Origin: Flectonema sp. DT1601 | Taxonomy: Eukaryota | Assembly: GCA_964019425.1 (NCBI GenBank) | Contig: OZ025781.1 | Coordinates: forward strand, 62,001-126,000 | Reading direction: 5' to 3' | Length of the DNA: 64,000 bases | Part shown: positions 42,672 through 54,850 of the stretch, piece after piece | Layout: each line of letters opens with the position of its first letter | How positions within the stretch are numbered: the stretch's first letter is position 1 | Made by a program: the position numbers and the translations under genes | Notes under the pieces: model-generated | Told to the model about the DNA's origin: nothing | Databases searched by the model: none | Seen by the model: only the letters and a program-made list of their open reading frames with translations

Positions 42672-45600
42672 TCACGTTTTGTAGAACTTCGGAATTTTGA
42701 AATTGGAATTTGCTTCTCCTTTAGCAAGTCTCACAGCGGATTCTGAGATGTGTTCATGGCTCAATTTAACAGCAGGAGGTCGCGAAGAAGGGTATCTGGC
42801 AATCACTTTTTCAATGGCTCGTTCTTCATCTTCCAAGGCTTTACAATAAAGTCGATTGGTGACTGTTTTTATCTCCGCTGCTGATACAATTTTAGTAGCT
42901 TTTTTATCCTCTGCGATAATCTTATTAATTGCTGCTTTGTGATTTCGAACTTTGATTTGGAAAGCAGTTTCCGAATTTCTGGACACGACATCCTGTGTTT
43001 CTTGCAATGACAATACCTTACCAGGTCTCTTTTCAGTAGCGGACAAATATTTTCTCACCAAAGCATCACGGGTTTGCTGTTGGTGTATGATTGGCTGTTT
43101 AAACATTCTTTCAATAAGAATATCAGCTTGTTTTTGTTGTCTAGGTTCCAACTCAGGTGGAGGAAACGCAATCCTTTGAAGTGGCGCGTCAATTTCCTCC
43201 TTTCGTTTTGGTTGTTTATCAGGATCATAAAGGTTTTTAGGACACCCGGAGACTCTTTTCATACCATCGTGAATAGTACTTACACGATTCTTTTGCAAAG
43301 TATTTTCAACAATCGTCTCTCTTGCTATTGAATTATGGTAAAGATGCGTTGCTGGTTGAGATATTTTCAGAGGTGCTGGTGACTTAGATGGTGTCCCGTG
43401 AAGCTCTTGAATTCTCTGTAGCTTTTGCTGAATTATTTTATTTTGAGATTTCTGTTTTAGAAGTTCATCCACTGGAGGAGCAATAGTCATCATTGGATTT
43501 AATAATATTTCTGGTCCAAGAACTGGTGATTGAGGCTGCATAAGTTTCTTATAATTAACAGCGAATAAAGTCCTATCCTCAAGAGAAACATTAAACGGAA
43601 GGTTTCTCCTGCTGTTTTCTGGAGGAGTCTTCGCCTTTTTTTTATTTTGATAATTATTCCTTTTTTGTAGAAGCTGGACACTCGATGGCTTTCGTCTTGT
43701 TTTAGATAAAGACAAGCATGGACACTTATTGTCAATGTGAATATTGTTGAGAGTAGTTGGAGTTGATAGCAATCTGCAGGTGTATCCCAACGACATTAAC
43801 CTCCTCCACATACAAACTTCATCAGAAATGGTCAGTTGATGCATCAGTTGACGAAAATTACTTTTCGATGTAAAATATTTATTTAATTCAAAAGATGATT
43901 TTGAAGATCCCGCCATCAAAATTCTCATCCAAATCTCTAACGGAGTCTCACTCTCTGGAACCCCAACAAACTCAGATGCGTTGAGAAGGGTACTAAAACA
44001 CATGTGAGTCAGTCCTTCACCTCCAGCACAAGGACTCTTCGCTGAATCGAATAACATATTAATACAACTATTAAACTCAACAGTTATTTGTAAATTACAA
44101 TCAAGTAGAGGAAGGTGTAAATTCTTATCCAACGATGAGCACGCTTCTTGAATCTCAGTTGCGGTTGGTTGTAGTTTAGAAGCATCTCGTTTAATACTAT
44201 TACTTGAGAAGTCGAATGAAAAACCGAAGGTACCCAAAACCTGATCAGCGATGTACGGAACATCCCAAATTAGTTGTTTCGCATATGATGAGAATTGTTT
44301 GCGAGTGATTAGTCGAGTTGTTGGGTTCATACCTGATGATAAAAGTCTTTTTAGAAGTAGGTATTCAGGGTGAGGTCCATCAGAGATGCAATGCATCCCC
44401 TGTATCGATTCTAACGATGCGAAATCCTGCTTGTCAGATGCTAGTACCAACACGTCAAATATTCTATCAAATGATTCATCAACAACGTCACCAGTCGTAG
44501 GGTTTAATGTGAGTATTTGAGTTGGTTTCGGTTTCAAATTGTCGTTTTCTGAAATTTTTCTAAACTCATGAGCCAACCATCCGGTTGCCCTTGGTTGTTT
44601 GAAATCTGTTGAATTCACTTTTATGTTATAAAGCAAAGTCTTTAAATAAAGTATTTGAGTATTTTGACTATCCAGACTGGCTGCCAACACAACAGGTGAT
44701 ATACAATCGCTATTTGATGAATTTAGTATTAAAGAATCGGATTTCGGTTGAGTCTGTTTTAAGATATCGATCGCGTCACATCGTTGAATTCCTTCAGGAA
44801 ACGATGAAAGTTTTGCAATGACGAGATTCGTGTTCTCTGTTGACATTATTTCATTTTCAGAGAGGAGGAGTAGACTGTCGTCAGATGTAAATACTCTCTG
44901 AATTGTGAAGTCAGGTAATCCGTCATCTTGCGACTCTTCCTCTGAAGGAATACGTTTTGATAAACAACTATACTTCACAACAGATATCTTATTATTATCA
45001 CGCGGAATATCTTTATTGTGAATCACTTTCGATACATGTTCCGCAAGACTATTGACGTATCGTCCAGCAAGATCACCAATTGAGGACATGACTATACGAG
45101 GAGGTGGTGGTGGTGGTTTACTCTCTTCAGAATCTTTCCGAATTGACTTCTCAATAAGTAAACAGCAAAGAGTCTTCACTGCAGTTGATATTTCTTGTTG
45201 TAGAGCAGAAAAGTCTTTTTTCAAGTCATGTGTTTTAAACAATTCACTGTAACACTTTCCAGTCGAATCATCACCGCATGATAACCCGACGTGAACTTCG
45301 CACATATCACAGTTTTCAATCTCTGTACATGGTGGGATCCACGAGACCACCCATTTAAACTTTGATATCCTACCCGTCGTCTCAACAATCATATAAGATG
45401 AAGAGTAGAGGAGTTGTTGTCTGCCTGTAATCATTCTACAAACAAAGTGAAGGATGTCAACAGATTTTAATAAACAAGATCTAAAATCTGGATAGCTACG
45501 TGAAGTAGGTAAGTACGAAGCGGATAACACACAACAAAGAGATAGAAATAATATTCTATATTGAGCAATCAACGTATTGGATTGAAGACAACTATTTGTA

Positions 45601-47756
45601 TGACAACGAACATAACAACACCATCCACAAAGAGGATCAGTGCTGGGGGATGAGTGTATTGGAGCTGGTTCAATGCAACAGTTTGATTTTCTAAAAAGGA
45701 TTTCCCTTCTGTTTGATTGCTGTAGTAGGACTTCTTCATAAGTATTCGAAGAAGAATCATAAAGTGGAATCACTGGGGCTGTCTGTTCCCAGGATGGTAG
45801 TTTTCCACATTCGTCTTCCATGTGATCGTCGTAGTCGTATTCATTTATTGTATTTGTCGCGCTCTTAGTTTGTGATGATATTGTTGTTGAGTGTCTCTGT
45901 GAGTGTCTCTGTGGAACTACCACTACTGAAGATTTTAACAAAGCCTTGTCTCGTTTTGAAGTTTCTTCGATAAACTGTTGTCTTATCAAATCGCGTGCAT
46001 TGTCTTGAGAATAGCGACGTTCTTCCTTCCAGACTCTACGGCATAGCTCTGAGTCAGCCTTTACTTGCGCTGCATGTTGACGTTTGTAGTGTTCACACGT
46101 TTGGCGCTTCTCTTGTCGTTTTAGTGTTCGTTCTTCACTTCGTAGAGTCGCTTCCGCTTTTGATTTTTCTTCTCTTGCTTCGAGGATGTCATTTTCCATC
46201 TGACGACGTTCATCTCGTTCGTCTTTTCGAAGTTTTGTTAGTTGGCTTTGTTCTTCTGCTCGTTGCTTGTCAGCTTCCTTTCGAAGGTTTATTTGTTTCT
46301 CACAAGTCTCTTGTAGTAGTTGTCTGAATGATGACCATTCTCGTTGTTCGTGTCTACGCCAGAACTTTTCCTGTCGAATCTCATCAACACGTTCTTTTAT
46401 TAATCTTTCTCTGAATACCATGGCCATCACTTCTTGTTCTCGTCGTTGCATGGCTGCGGCTTTCATCTCTGCCTGCTTTGTTAGAACTCGATCCCAAAAG
46501 GCAGTTTCTTCTTCTTTCTTTGTTCGAACTTGTCCTTCAAGACGAGCGCGGTCTGCTGCTACTTTCTTTTCAAAGTCTTCGATTTCCTTTTGCTTTCGCT
46601 CGGAATTCTCTCGACACAGTTGTCGTTTTCGGTTGTCCATTTCCTTCCATTTCTCAAGATTTCGACTGAGATGTTCTTCTTGTTCTTCTTCTCGAGCCTT
46701 ACGTCGTAATACAATAGTCGAATTGATGTCTTCTCCGTGTGATGCTTTTTGTGCATTGGAAGAGGTTTCTTGTTGCTTTTTCTTGTCAGCGTGGTTTTGA
46801 AGAGCCTGTGCGCGCTTTTCTTTTGAAATTCTGGCTTTTTCTGCTCTCATTGCTTCACGTTCGTCTCGCTTGTCGCTGACTCGTTTGTCTATTTGTTTTT
46901 GAGAATCTTTGTAAGACTTTCTAATCTCTTCTCCCATCTGCTTTTGTTCTGTTTGTCGATTTTGATTCCATTCTTCGACTGACTTGGAATATTGTTTTGA
47001 AGCCTCGTCGTCAGCTGCACGTTCTTCGTCCATGCGTGTTCGCCGTTCGGTGTAAAATAAAACCATCGCGTCATCGACCTTCTCCTTTCTCTTTCTTTGT
47101 AATTTATTAGTTTCTTCAATACGATGTCGCATATTGTCTCGTTCTTTACCTGATGCTTCCCTCTCAGCTGATAATTCAGCGAGTTTTTTATCTTTCATAA
47201 GTTTGTGTGAGTTTTGCATTGTACCTCGTCGTTCGTTGATGTCTCGAAGGAATTTTTGTACTCCGACTTTTGCTTCGATTGCTCTACTTTCGGTAATTCG
47301 ATGACGTTCCTCACCATGTGATTCGAGTGTTGCTTTTGTTGCTTTCAGTCGCTCTCGTTTAGCTTCTTCAGCACCTCGTTTTCGTATTTCTCGTTCGGTT
47401 TCGAGCATACCGTCAATGTGCTCAGCAAGTTCACGTTTTCTGCCTCGCTCCCGTCTTCGGGCGGCTGCTCTAGTAGATTCCTTCTGCTGTTCGCGTATTT
47501 TTATTTTTTCAATTTGTTGTTCTATTCCGTAGTCAGGTTCAGAAGTAGCTTCATCATCAAAGTCCTCATCATCATATGTTGTTGTCGGAGATGAAAATCG
47601 AACTCCGAGTTTCTGTCTTCTTGTTGGCATCTGTGACATCACTTCAAGTGGAGACTCTCCAACAGATGAGACAACATTAGCACCTATGTTGGTCAGGTCA
47701 CTCTCCAGCCTTGTAGGAGACGAAATATCGTCTTCTGGTAGAGTGCCGTCATCCAT
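42672..47756 (-). CDS. Large coiled-coil (E/R/K-rich) protein with C-terminal helical repeats, about 1694 aa
   Basis: About 5 kb uninterrupted ORF; trichohyalin-like N-terminal half; start placed at MDDGTL after a CCAG acceptor. Confidence 0.7.
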   Translation of the reverse strand: MDDGTLPEDDISSPTRLESDLTNIGANVVSSVGESPLEVMSQMPTRRQKLGVRFSSPTTTYDDEDFDDEATSEPDYGIEQQIEKIKIREQQKESTRAAARRRERGRKRELAEHIDGMLETEREIRKRGAEEAKRERLKATKATLESHGEERHRITESRAIEAKVGVQKFLRDINERRGTMQNSHKLMKDKKLAELSAEREASGKERDNMRHRIEETNKLQRKRKEKVDDAMVLFYTERRTRMDEERAADDEASKQYSKSVEEWNQNRQTEQKQMGEEIRKSYKDSQKQIDKRVSDKRDEREAMRAEKARISKEKRAQALQNHADKKKQQETSSNAQKASHGEDINSTIVLRRKAREEEQEEHLSRNLEKWKEMDNRKRQLCRENSERKQKEIEDFEKKVAADRARLEGQVRTKKEEETAFWDRVLTKQAEMKAAAMQRREQEVMAMVFRERLIKERVDEIRQEKFWRRHEQREWSSFRQLLQETCEKQINLRKEADKQRAEEQSQLTKLRKDERDERRQMENDILEAREEKSKAEATLRSEERTLKRQEKRQTCEHYKRQHAAQVKADSELCRRVWKEERRYSQDNARDLIRQQFIEETSKRDKALLKSSVVVVPQRHSQRHSTTISSQTKSATNTINEYDYDDHMEDECGKLPSWEQTAPVIPLYDSSSNTYEEVLLQQSNRREILFRKSNCCIEPAPIHSSPSTDPLCGWCCYVRCHTNSCLQSNTLIAQYRILFLSLCCVLSASYLPTSRSYPDFRSCLLKSVDILHFVCRMITGRQQLLYSSSYMIVETTGRISKFKWVVSWIPPCTEIENCDMCEVHVGLSCGDDSTGKCYSELFKTHDLKKDFSALQQEISTAVKTLCCLLIEKSIRKDSEESKPPPPPPRIVMSSIGDLAGRYVNSLAEHVSKVIHNKDIPRDNNKISVVKYSCLSKRIPSEEESQDDGLPDFTIQRVFTSDDSLLLLSENEIMSTENTNLVIAKLSSFPEGIQRCDAIDILKQTQPKSDSLILNSSNSDCISPVVLAASLDSQNTQILYLKTLLYNIKVNSTDFKQPRATGWLAHEFRKISENDNLKPKPTQILTLNPTTGDVVDESFDRIFDVLVLASDKQDFASLESIQGMHCISDGPHPEYLLLKRLLSSGMNPTTRLITRKQFSSYAKQLIWDVPYIADQVLGTFGFSFDFSSNSIKRDASKLQPTATEIQEACSSLDKNLHLPLLDCNLQITVEFNSCINMLFDSAKSPCAGGEGLTHMCFSTLLNASEFVGVPESETPLEIWMRILMAGSSKSSFELNKYFTSKSNFRQLMHQLTISDEVCMWRRLMSLGYTCRLLSTPTTLNNIHIDNKCPCLSLSKTRRKPSSVQLLQKRNNYQNKKKAKTPPENSRRNLPFNVSLEDRTLFAVNYKKLMQPQSPVLGPEILLNPMMTIAPPVDELLKQKSQNKIIQQKLQRIQELHGTPSKSPAPLKISQPATHLYHNSIARETIVENTLQKNRVSTIHDGMKRVSGCPKNLYDPDKQPKRKEEIDAPLQRIAFPPPELEPRQQKQADILIERMFKQPIIHQQQTRDALVRKYLSATEKRPGKVLSLQETQDVVSRNSETAFQIKVRNHKAAINKIIAEDKKATKIVSAAEIKTVTNRLYCKALEDEERAIEKVIARYPSSRPPAVKLSHEHISESAVRLAKGEANSNFKIPKFYKT

Positions 47757-48665
47757 GCCACTCGTCTGGTTGAAAAGAATAAGTTTTAAAGATACCAACC
47801 ACTCAATGAATCTCTTAAGAAATGTTAGATATAGAAATAGTGAAATTGCTGTTGAAATAAGTAAAGGGATAATGTGATTTCATAAACGTTCATGAAGTGA
47901 ATCCGCCAAAGATAGAAAGATAGGAAAGCCTTGCGCGGATATGAGATGAGGAGCAAATGTTGTTGGTTTCAGGTAATTTTTTTAGTAATTTTTTTTTTTT
48001 TTTTAAAAACTTTTTTTTTTTCTTTTCTTTAATTTAAAAATCTCACAATACTTGCCATTCCTGATGTGCGTTTTGGTAGCACTTTTCGTTACCTTCTCAA
48101 AAACAAATCAGGAGTGCAATTTTTGACATGTTTAAATAAACTTATTTTGCAAGTAAAAATATTTGTCTACAGTTCCAGTCAAACGCTATCTTTCATTTTG
48201 TTCAAAGCGCCTCACAGATACAAGGCAGAGTGTTCTTCCTTTGTATTCTCAACAGACAAAGGCAGATGAACCTGATAGCAGGAACGTGGGTTCTCCACCC
48301 GTATTTCAATAAAAAAAACAGTAAAATAGGGTGAAAAAAAAGAACGAAAAAAAACAAAAAACAAAAACAAAAAGGGTAATTAATGAAACACCTTTTAACG
48401 TAGGAATTGAAGAGCTTACAATAAATAAATAAATAAATAATTGAATAACCAAATTTCAGGGGCTATCAGGCCACATGTATACCAGCAGTGAATGAAAACA
48501 GTCTCTCCATCAACTTGTTGCAAAGCAAACACGATAAAGTGAATTTAATATATTTCTGTTCCCTTTTTTTTTTTTTTTTTTTTTTTAAAAAAAATTTTGT
48601 GCTCTGTAGGTTTACCTATGCTTTTTTTATGCCAATTCTCTACAACAAACAAGTTCATTAGTATT

Positions 48666-48768
48666 AATTAGTTGTGTAATCCAACGTTAAGCTGTATATA
48701 TACTATGAGTACTCTAGGAGGGTAACTCACTTCAAGACTTAGTATGGATTGTTGAATTAGCATCAACT
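48666..48768. repeat. Dispersed degenerate repeat, copy B (homologous to 22422-22545)
   Basis: aagacttagtatggattgttgaattagc versus aagactcggtatagattgttgaattagc, plus collinear upstream blocks. Confidence 0.6.
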
Positions 48769-49049
48769 GAAGTGATGTAATTTAATTTATAAACAGATTA
48801 GCAAACATCAATCTCCAGCTTTCCACCTTTCCAACTAATAAAAATATATATAAAAAATAATGGGTAACACAATACTAACGTTGAGACTGGCAGCAGCCCT
48901 CTTCTTGAATCGAACTACATCAGATCGATCCGAGTAAATTCAGAAGACCTAATCATCTCCAGTGAATGAACTGACATATATTTAACAAGGGGTTGTCGAG
49001 GGACCGCTTGACGTAACGTGAAACTATAAGGTTGACTCTGGAAGTCTTT

Positions 49050-49690
49050 CAAGAGACAATTAATTTTTCAGTAGCGAAGTATTTGTACATTCTGACCACA
49101 TCATCAAATACTATCTGTGGGAAATGTAGCCGTACAATAATCTAGTCTACATTTCGATAACAAATGGTGAGTAGCTGAAGGTAGTTTGATAATCCATTTC
49201 CTGGTTGTTTAACAAGCGGATGGTGTCCTGTCCTGGGGTGGGCAATATGCATTTCTCCCTCACGGTTAAGATCTGTATGAAGCCCGTCTTTTCAAGTGTA
49301 GCTACCAAGCGATCACATGGGTCGAAGTACTGGGTATAGATCTTTCATTTGGAGTCTGCAAAGAGTTTCCACGAGTTAGCTTTATCAGGATGAGGGCAAT
49401 GACCAAGTAAGGAAACGTTCGTAAGATAAAGCCACGATTTAGACGAAAGAATATAAGATTCTACCGATAGCGGCCAATGGTATTATTCGTTGGTTTCTAA
49501 TTCGCTAACTGACAAAACAGTTGTCAAATCATCTGCGTATACCAGCTTTAAATCGGCTTGATGGCATCCGGTAGGGAATTGACCTAGAATAGAATCTTGT
49601 TCGATTATGTCCTTGGAGTAGATGCGCCACTCGATCCGAGAGGAAGTTACCAAACAAAAAGGGTGCTGAGAGGTCGCATAAAAAAGATAA
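49050..49690 (-). mobile_element. Degenerate non-LTR retrotransposon (LINE) reverse-transcriptase relic
   Basis: IEQDSILGQ (resembles VPQGSVLGP), LVYADDL (YADD at 49528-49539), PHPDK and RLDYC (49134-49148) in LINE order and spacing, broken by stops and frameshifts. Boundaries approximate. Confidence 0.7.
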
Positions 49691-51901
49691 ACAGGCAACT
49701 ACAGCAGCAACACAGATATAAATCTGGAGCGTAGGCTATCAGTGATCACAATGGTAACTCTTCGCTGAATCGGTGGGAGGGCAGAAGGACAAAAAAAAAA
49801 TAAAGACAAAGACAAAGACAAAGAGAGCACAGACCAACAGAAAAAAATAGGGGAAAATGCAAAAATGTTTTTAGCTCCTACCCTGCGACAAGAGGAAGCA
49901 GCAACCACCTTGGCAACGTGAGCAAGAGCTAAAAGGCGATGGTGGATAAATCAAAAAATTCCCCCATCTCTTTTTTTTATTTTATTTTTTATTTTATTTT
50001 TTTTTTGATTTTGCGTTCAGCCATTTTTTGGTTTCCGAGACTGAGAAATTAATTACAAGTAAACAGTGCTACTGACATTATAACTATTTTAAAAGCTATC
50101 ATAATCAGGCATGCGACATAACAACAAATTAAACACACAAGGAAACGAAGTACTTGGCATGGAATCTTCCAAAGGCTGAATCGATATTTTGTTACTATAA
50201 AAGCATCACTTAGATGGTTTAAAAAATGGGGGATGTATGTTTTTGATTTTGTAAAAATTACAACTATGTTGTATCATAGAAACATTAAGATAATTTAACA
50301 TTAGTTTTTAGATACAGTGCCTATGGGTGATGCGCAACTTAGCATAATTAAAAAAGGGGAGGGAACAACACCCGAATCAAGTTCAGATATAAAACCACGT
50401 GGTTGTTCGTACAGTGGAATGAGAACTGGGGAAAAAGAAAAGTTAAATAACTAAAGAAAAAGAATAGCTAAAACACAAAGCTCGGGAGACGGGAAAATTG
50501 ACATCCAAACGGAGTCTTTTATTTTATTCGTTATTGTTGTTGTTTTTTTTTTTTTTTTTTTAGAAAAGAAAAGAATATAAAAAAAAGAATAAAAAAATGA
50601 AGATAGGGGGGTGAAAAAGAAAAGAAAAAAAAAGAATTTTTTTTTTTTTTTTTTTTACTGCCAATCGTTGAGCCCACAACCTATCCTAAAAAAGAAAGGA
50701 GCGGACTCAAACAAGAGTTAGAGGCACAGACCGACAGCTAAAGCCTGCGCTACATGAGGTTGTTAGTGTGAGGTAGTTAGATGGCAAGAACGCAGCAATC
50801 ATCCACGAAAGTAAGGAAGTACATGTAATTCCCAGTGTAGTTTTCTCTCAAAAGATACGATCTTCGTTGAGACACAAAGCACTAGGAAGAGCAATAACCA
50901 AATCCTCACCACGACTTCAGAGAATTGTCTTATCGGGTAAAATATGAATTTATCATGACAACAGGAATCAATGCAAACTCTCATAAACACAATGATGTTA
51001 TGTTTTTTTGATAAGCAACATTCAAAAATCTTCCCATTGCAAAAAGATTCATCACAGCATTTCACATTTTTGAGACGGTTTCACCACCCAGGAAAATAAT
51101 CCCATACAATAAGTCAGGAACCTAGCACGTGAAACAGAAACTCATATTTGATAAAATCTGTTACCATATCTGATGTTGTTATTCATTGCATAAAGCTATC
51201 AGAAAAAAGTGAAAGCAGAATTTACTCTGTAGTGACCCTACTTGAGAACATAATTTATGAAGTTCTCAACCCAAAAAGAAACAAAAATCTAAATAAATCA
51301 AACGGAAATAAGGCCCCACCTTCGGGAAGGCGACTGGCTTGCCAAGGGGAAGTGAAGAATCGAAAATTGAAAAAAAAAGAAAATAGCCCCATATTATTAA
51401 GGGTAAAAAAGAAACCAAAAATGTTAGTGCAACTATGAGTTATGTATGTATTATCCCATCAGACTGGATAACAACTATTGCACTTTGAGAACGGATCGGT
51501 TCGCAGTGTTGAAGTTAAGAATCGTACTTTTGTTAACTTAACGACGTTATGAAATGCGAACAAAAAATCAGAATCGCTAAGAAAATTGCAACACACCTGT
51601 CAAGTACAATACTTGACTTACAAATAAAACTTACCGTGGAACTTATCCCAAGAAAGTAACTTTTAGAAATGTAAACGAGGGGATGGGGAATACCGATATT
51701 ATCAGGCTGTGAATAAGGCACATCTTTCGCTTCCACCTAACAACAGCACTCACATGGCAAGTACAACAGTCAGTGGCGTTGTTGTCGAGCCGCACAATTA
51801 ATTATGTGCAGGCTGACTCTTGCTACATGTCAGTGAAGATCATGCGGTGGAAAAAGTACCCATACATATTACATATTACACACATACGTTAGAACATAGT
51901 C

Positions 51902-51942
<41 letters not shown>

Positions 51943-53527
51943 CGCAAATCCGATTTTTTCACCACAAAAAACAAAAAATTCATCCGTTTTTTTTTTTCGA
52001 TTTTTCATCTCCCGAAAAAGAATATCAGAATTAAAAAAAATGATGATAATTTTTTTTTTTTTTTTTTTTGGGAAAACGCCTAATTCCACAAAAATAGTTT
52101 GCGAAATCGCCAACTCATCACAAAAATTTTAACCACTCAAAATAACCCAACATGACGGGAAAAATTTCAGAATTTTCGGAGCTCTGGGGTTTACTGGTTA
52201 TGACCGCCGACTTTTTTTAGTGAGTGACAACGACTCCCTTAAATGAAAAATTTTTAAATTTTTTTAGTCTTAAGTTCCGATGAATGTGTAATAGATTTCT
52301 TTTTTTAAATCGAAGGGGGGCAAACAGGGGAGGCAATACAAACACGGAGAAATTACGAACCGAAGAAAATTTTCTATTCTTTTTTTTTTTTTTTTTCTTT
52401 CTTTTTTAATGAACAAAAGAGTGAACGAAAAAGAGAGAGGAAGAGTTTTTCAGGCAACGTCAGACATATCGTTCAATATAAATTCCCTGAAACAAGAATA
52501 AAAAGAACTGTTGTATGTTTATCACCTTATTTAGGAGTTTCAGCAGCCGTCACACAAAAAATAAAAAAATTAAAAAAACAAAACACGACTGCCGGCACCG
52601 ATTCACTTACCAACCTGCAGGGGGAGGGGGGAAAGTGTGTCTTGCAGAGCAAGGAGATAAAAAAATTAATGAATTTTGAGAACGATTGCTGGTTCAAGTG
52701 GAGGTCAGCATGCAGTCGTTTCATAAAAGGTGTTGCAATACCTTCTCTCTCGCGAATGACGATATGGGGGGTGGTGGGAGTCACTTTAGAATAAAAAAGC
52801 GGAAAACATTCGCCACCCGTTGAATATAGGAAAATGCAAGAAAAAAAAGCTTTGTAGCTAGAAGAAAAAAAAAAAAGACAAAACGAAACAATGTAAATTA
52901 AATATTATTTTCTTCCCCTATCCTTATCCTAAAAAGAACAAAAGAGAGGAAAAAAAAAAAAAAAAAAAAAAAAGGGAGCAAATTGATGGGAAGTGACGTG
53001 AAAATATTTTCTTTCTTCTTTTTGTTTTGTTTCTTTCCCCTGTCCTATTCCCTCGATTAACTGTTTAGCGAGCAACAACTCCTCCTCGACCAGATAGGAT
53101 AATGCGGATAATGCAATTGCTTGGATTAGAGTAAATAGGTTCTACAGTTCACAACTGGGCGAACTCACAGCAAACTAACAGAAGTCTACCTACTCTAACT
53201 CTAGTTAGGGTAGTTAGGGAGAAAAAAAAATTCCCACCTAATCACTCTTCCACACCCGATACGCACATTAATTGCCGTTTCATCGTTGGGGAGATTCAAA
53301 GGTGATAACTTTTTTTTTTTTTTTTTAATAATTTTTTTTTTGTTGTTGTTGTTTTTGTTTGTATTTAGCAGTGATTTCTCTTAAGGATTGGTAAAACATA
53401 TATATTTTTCGGTGAAAAAGGGATGATTTCAAAAAAAAAAAAAAAAAAATGAAATCAAACAGAAAAAAGTAAAGTAATACTATTCCGATGAGCAAAAGTG
53501 AAAACCACCTTCTATACGATTGATGTA

Positions 53528-53528
<1 letters not shown>

Positions 53529-53575
<47 letters not shown>

Positions 53576-53586
53576 GTTGTTGTTGT
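53529..53586. repeat. (TTA)n/(TTG)n microsatellite
   Basis: About 15 TTA units followed by TTG units. Confidence 0.9.
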
Positions 53587-54416
53587 TTTTCGGAGCAGCA
53601 TTACCGAGATCTAGTTTTCGAGGAGGAAAATAAGTAAACTCGCTATTCAAAAACCATTCAGATAAGCCTTATATTTTGTTGATCGCAGCTAGTTTTACTG
53701 GCGCACAGGGAAATAGATAACATGACATAATAAATAACGGCTCTTAATCTGAATAGTTTCTTCTCCGACTTCGTCGGTGCAAAAAAAAAAAAAAAAAAAA
53801 AAAATGGGGACCTTGGGTAAGAAATGATTTTTTTAAAACTTACACAAATGCAACAGGTTTAAGACTACACAAATTTATTTATATTGTTGTTTCGTTTTAG
53901 TGTTTTTTTCTGTTTTTTTAAAAAAAAAAAAAAAACAGAAAAAACAGATAAACGTAAGAAGTAATAAAGTATTATACGTGGGCAACATAACCAAGAGCTT
54001 CTTTGTTTTCTTTAGAAAAACAAAAAAAAAAACTCAACAAAAAGCAAAGTCAGTTTTTTTTTTTTTTTTTTTTCCTTTCCCCCTTGTTTTTTTTTAATTT
54101 TTTTGTTTCTTTCGCAGAGTGCCTAAAAAGTCCTCATCACACACACAATTTATATAAAGGAAACTCGACAAAATCTTTTTTTTAAAACCAAAGAATTACT
54201 TGAAAGGCACTAGATCCCCCAATCATCAGAAAAGCAGAGGCAGTACGGCCTGTTTAAAAAAAAGGAATAACGAATAAGGCAAGAAAACTGATAATTTCCT
54301 TACGCAGCGGTAATCTGAAAACAAAAAAAAATATGTACACATGCTGCAAATGTTCTTCAGTATCTACAGATTAATTGGAGTTTTAGCCGTGACAAGAATA
54401 CTTACTACCTTTAAAG

Positions 54417-54455
<39 letters not shown>

Positions 54456-54850
54456 GGATGAGGAAAATGTTTAATGTAAACACTCGAATAACAAAAAAAA
54501 AAAAAAGAAAGGAAATAGACGCGGAGGAAAAAAAAAAAAAAAAAAATAACATCCAACTTTCCCTCACACAAATGTATATATAAGAACAGGAGAGAAAATG
54601 AACATTGTTCATTATTATTTATTTATTTTTTTTGTTTTCCTTTTTTTTTCATCGTTTATACTTGTTAAGTTTAAGCCACTAACAAGGAGGACCAAGAGTC
54701 CAATTATAACGTTGGTTGTGAGAAGCAAGAGCGATTGCTCTTTTGTATAAACAAAACAAGAGTCTACTCCCACACAGGATCAACCCAAAGGTGTTATCCC
54801 AGTGAGTGGTATGAATACAAATATCACATGTGATTTACAATAAAGTTCTG

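Noticed and set aside
50790..51740. Moderate-complexity stretch with broken short ORFs, possibly a second element relic
   Set aside because: No recognisable transposase, RT or other protein motif.
51940..52242. Sequence ending ...GACTCCCTTAA, like a TTAA-type DNA transposon end
   Set aside because: No matching inverted terminus found in the window.
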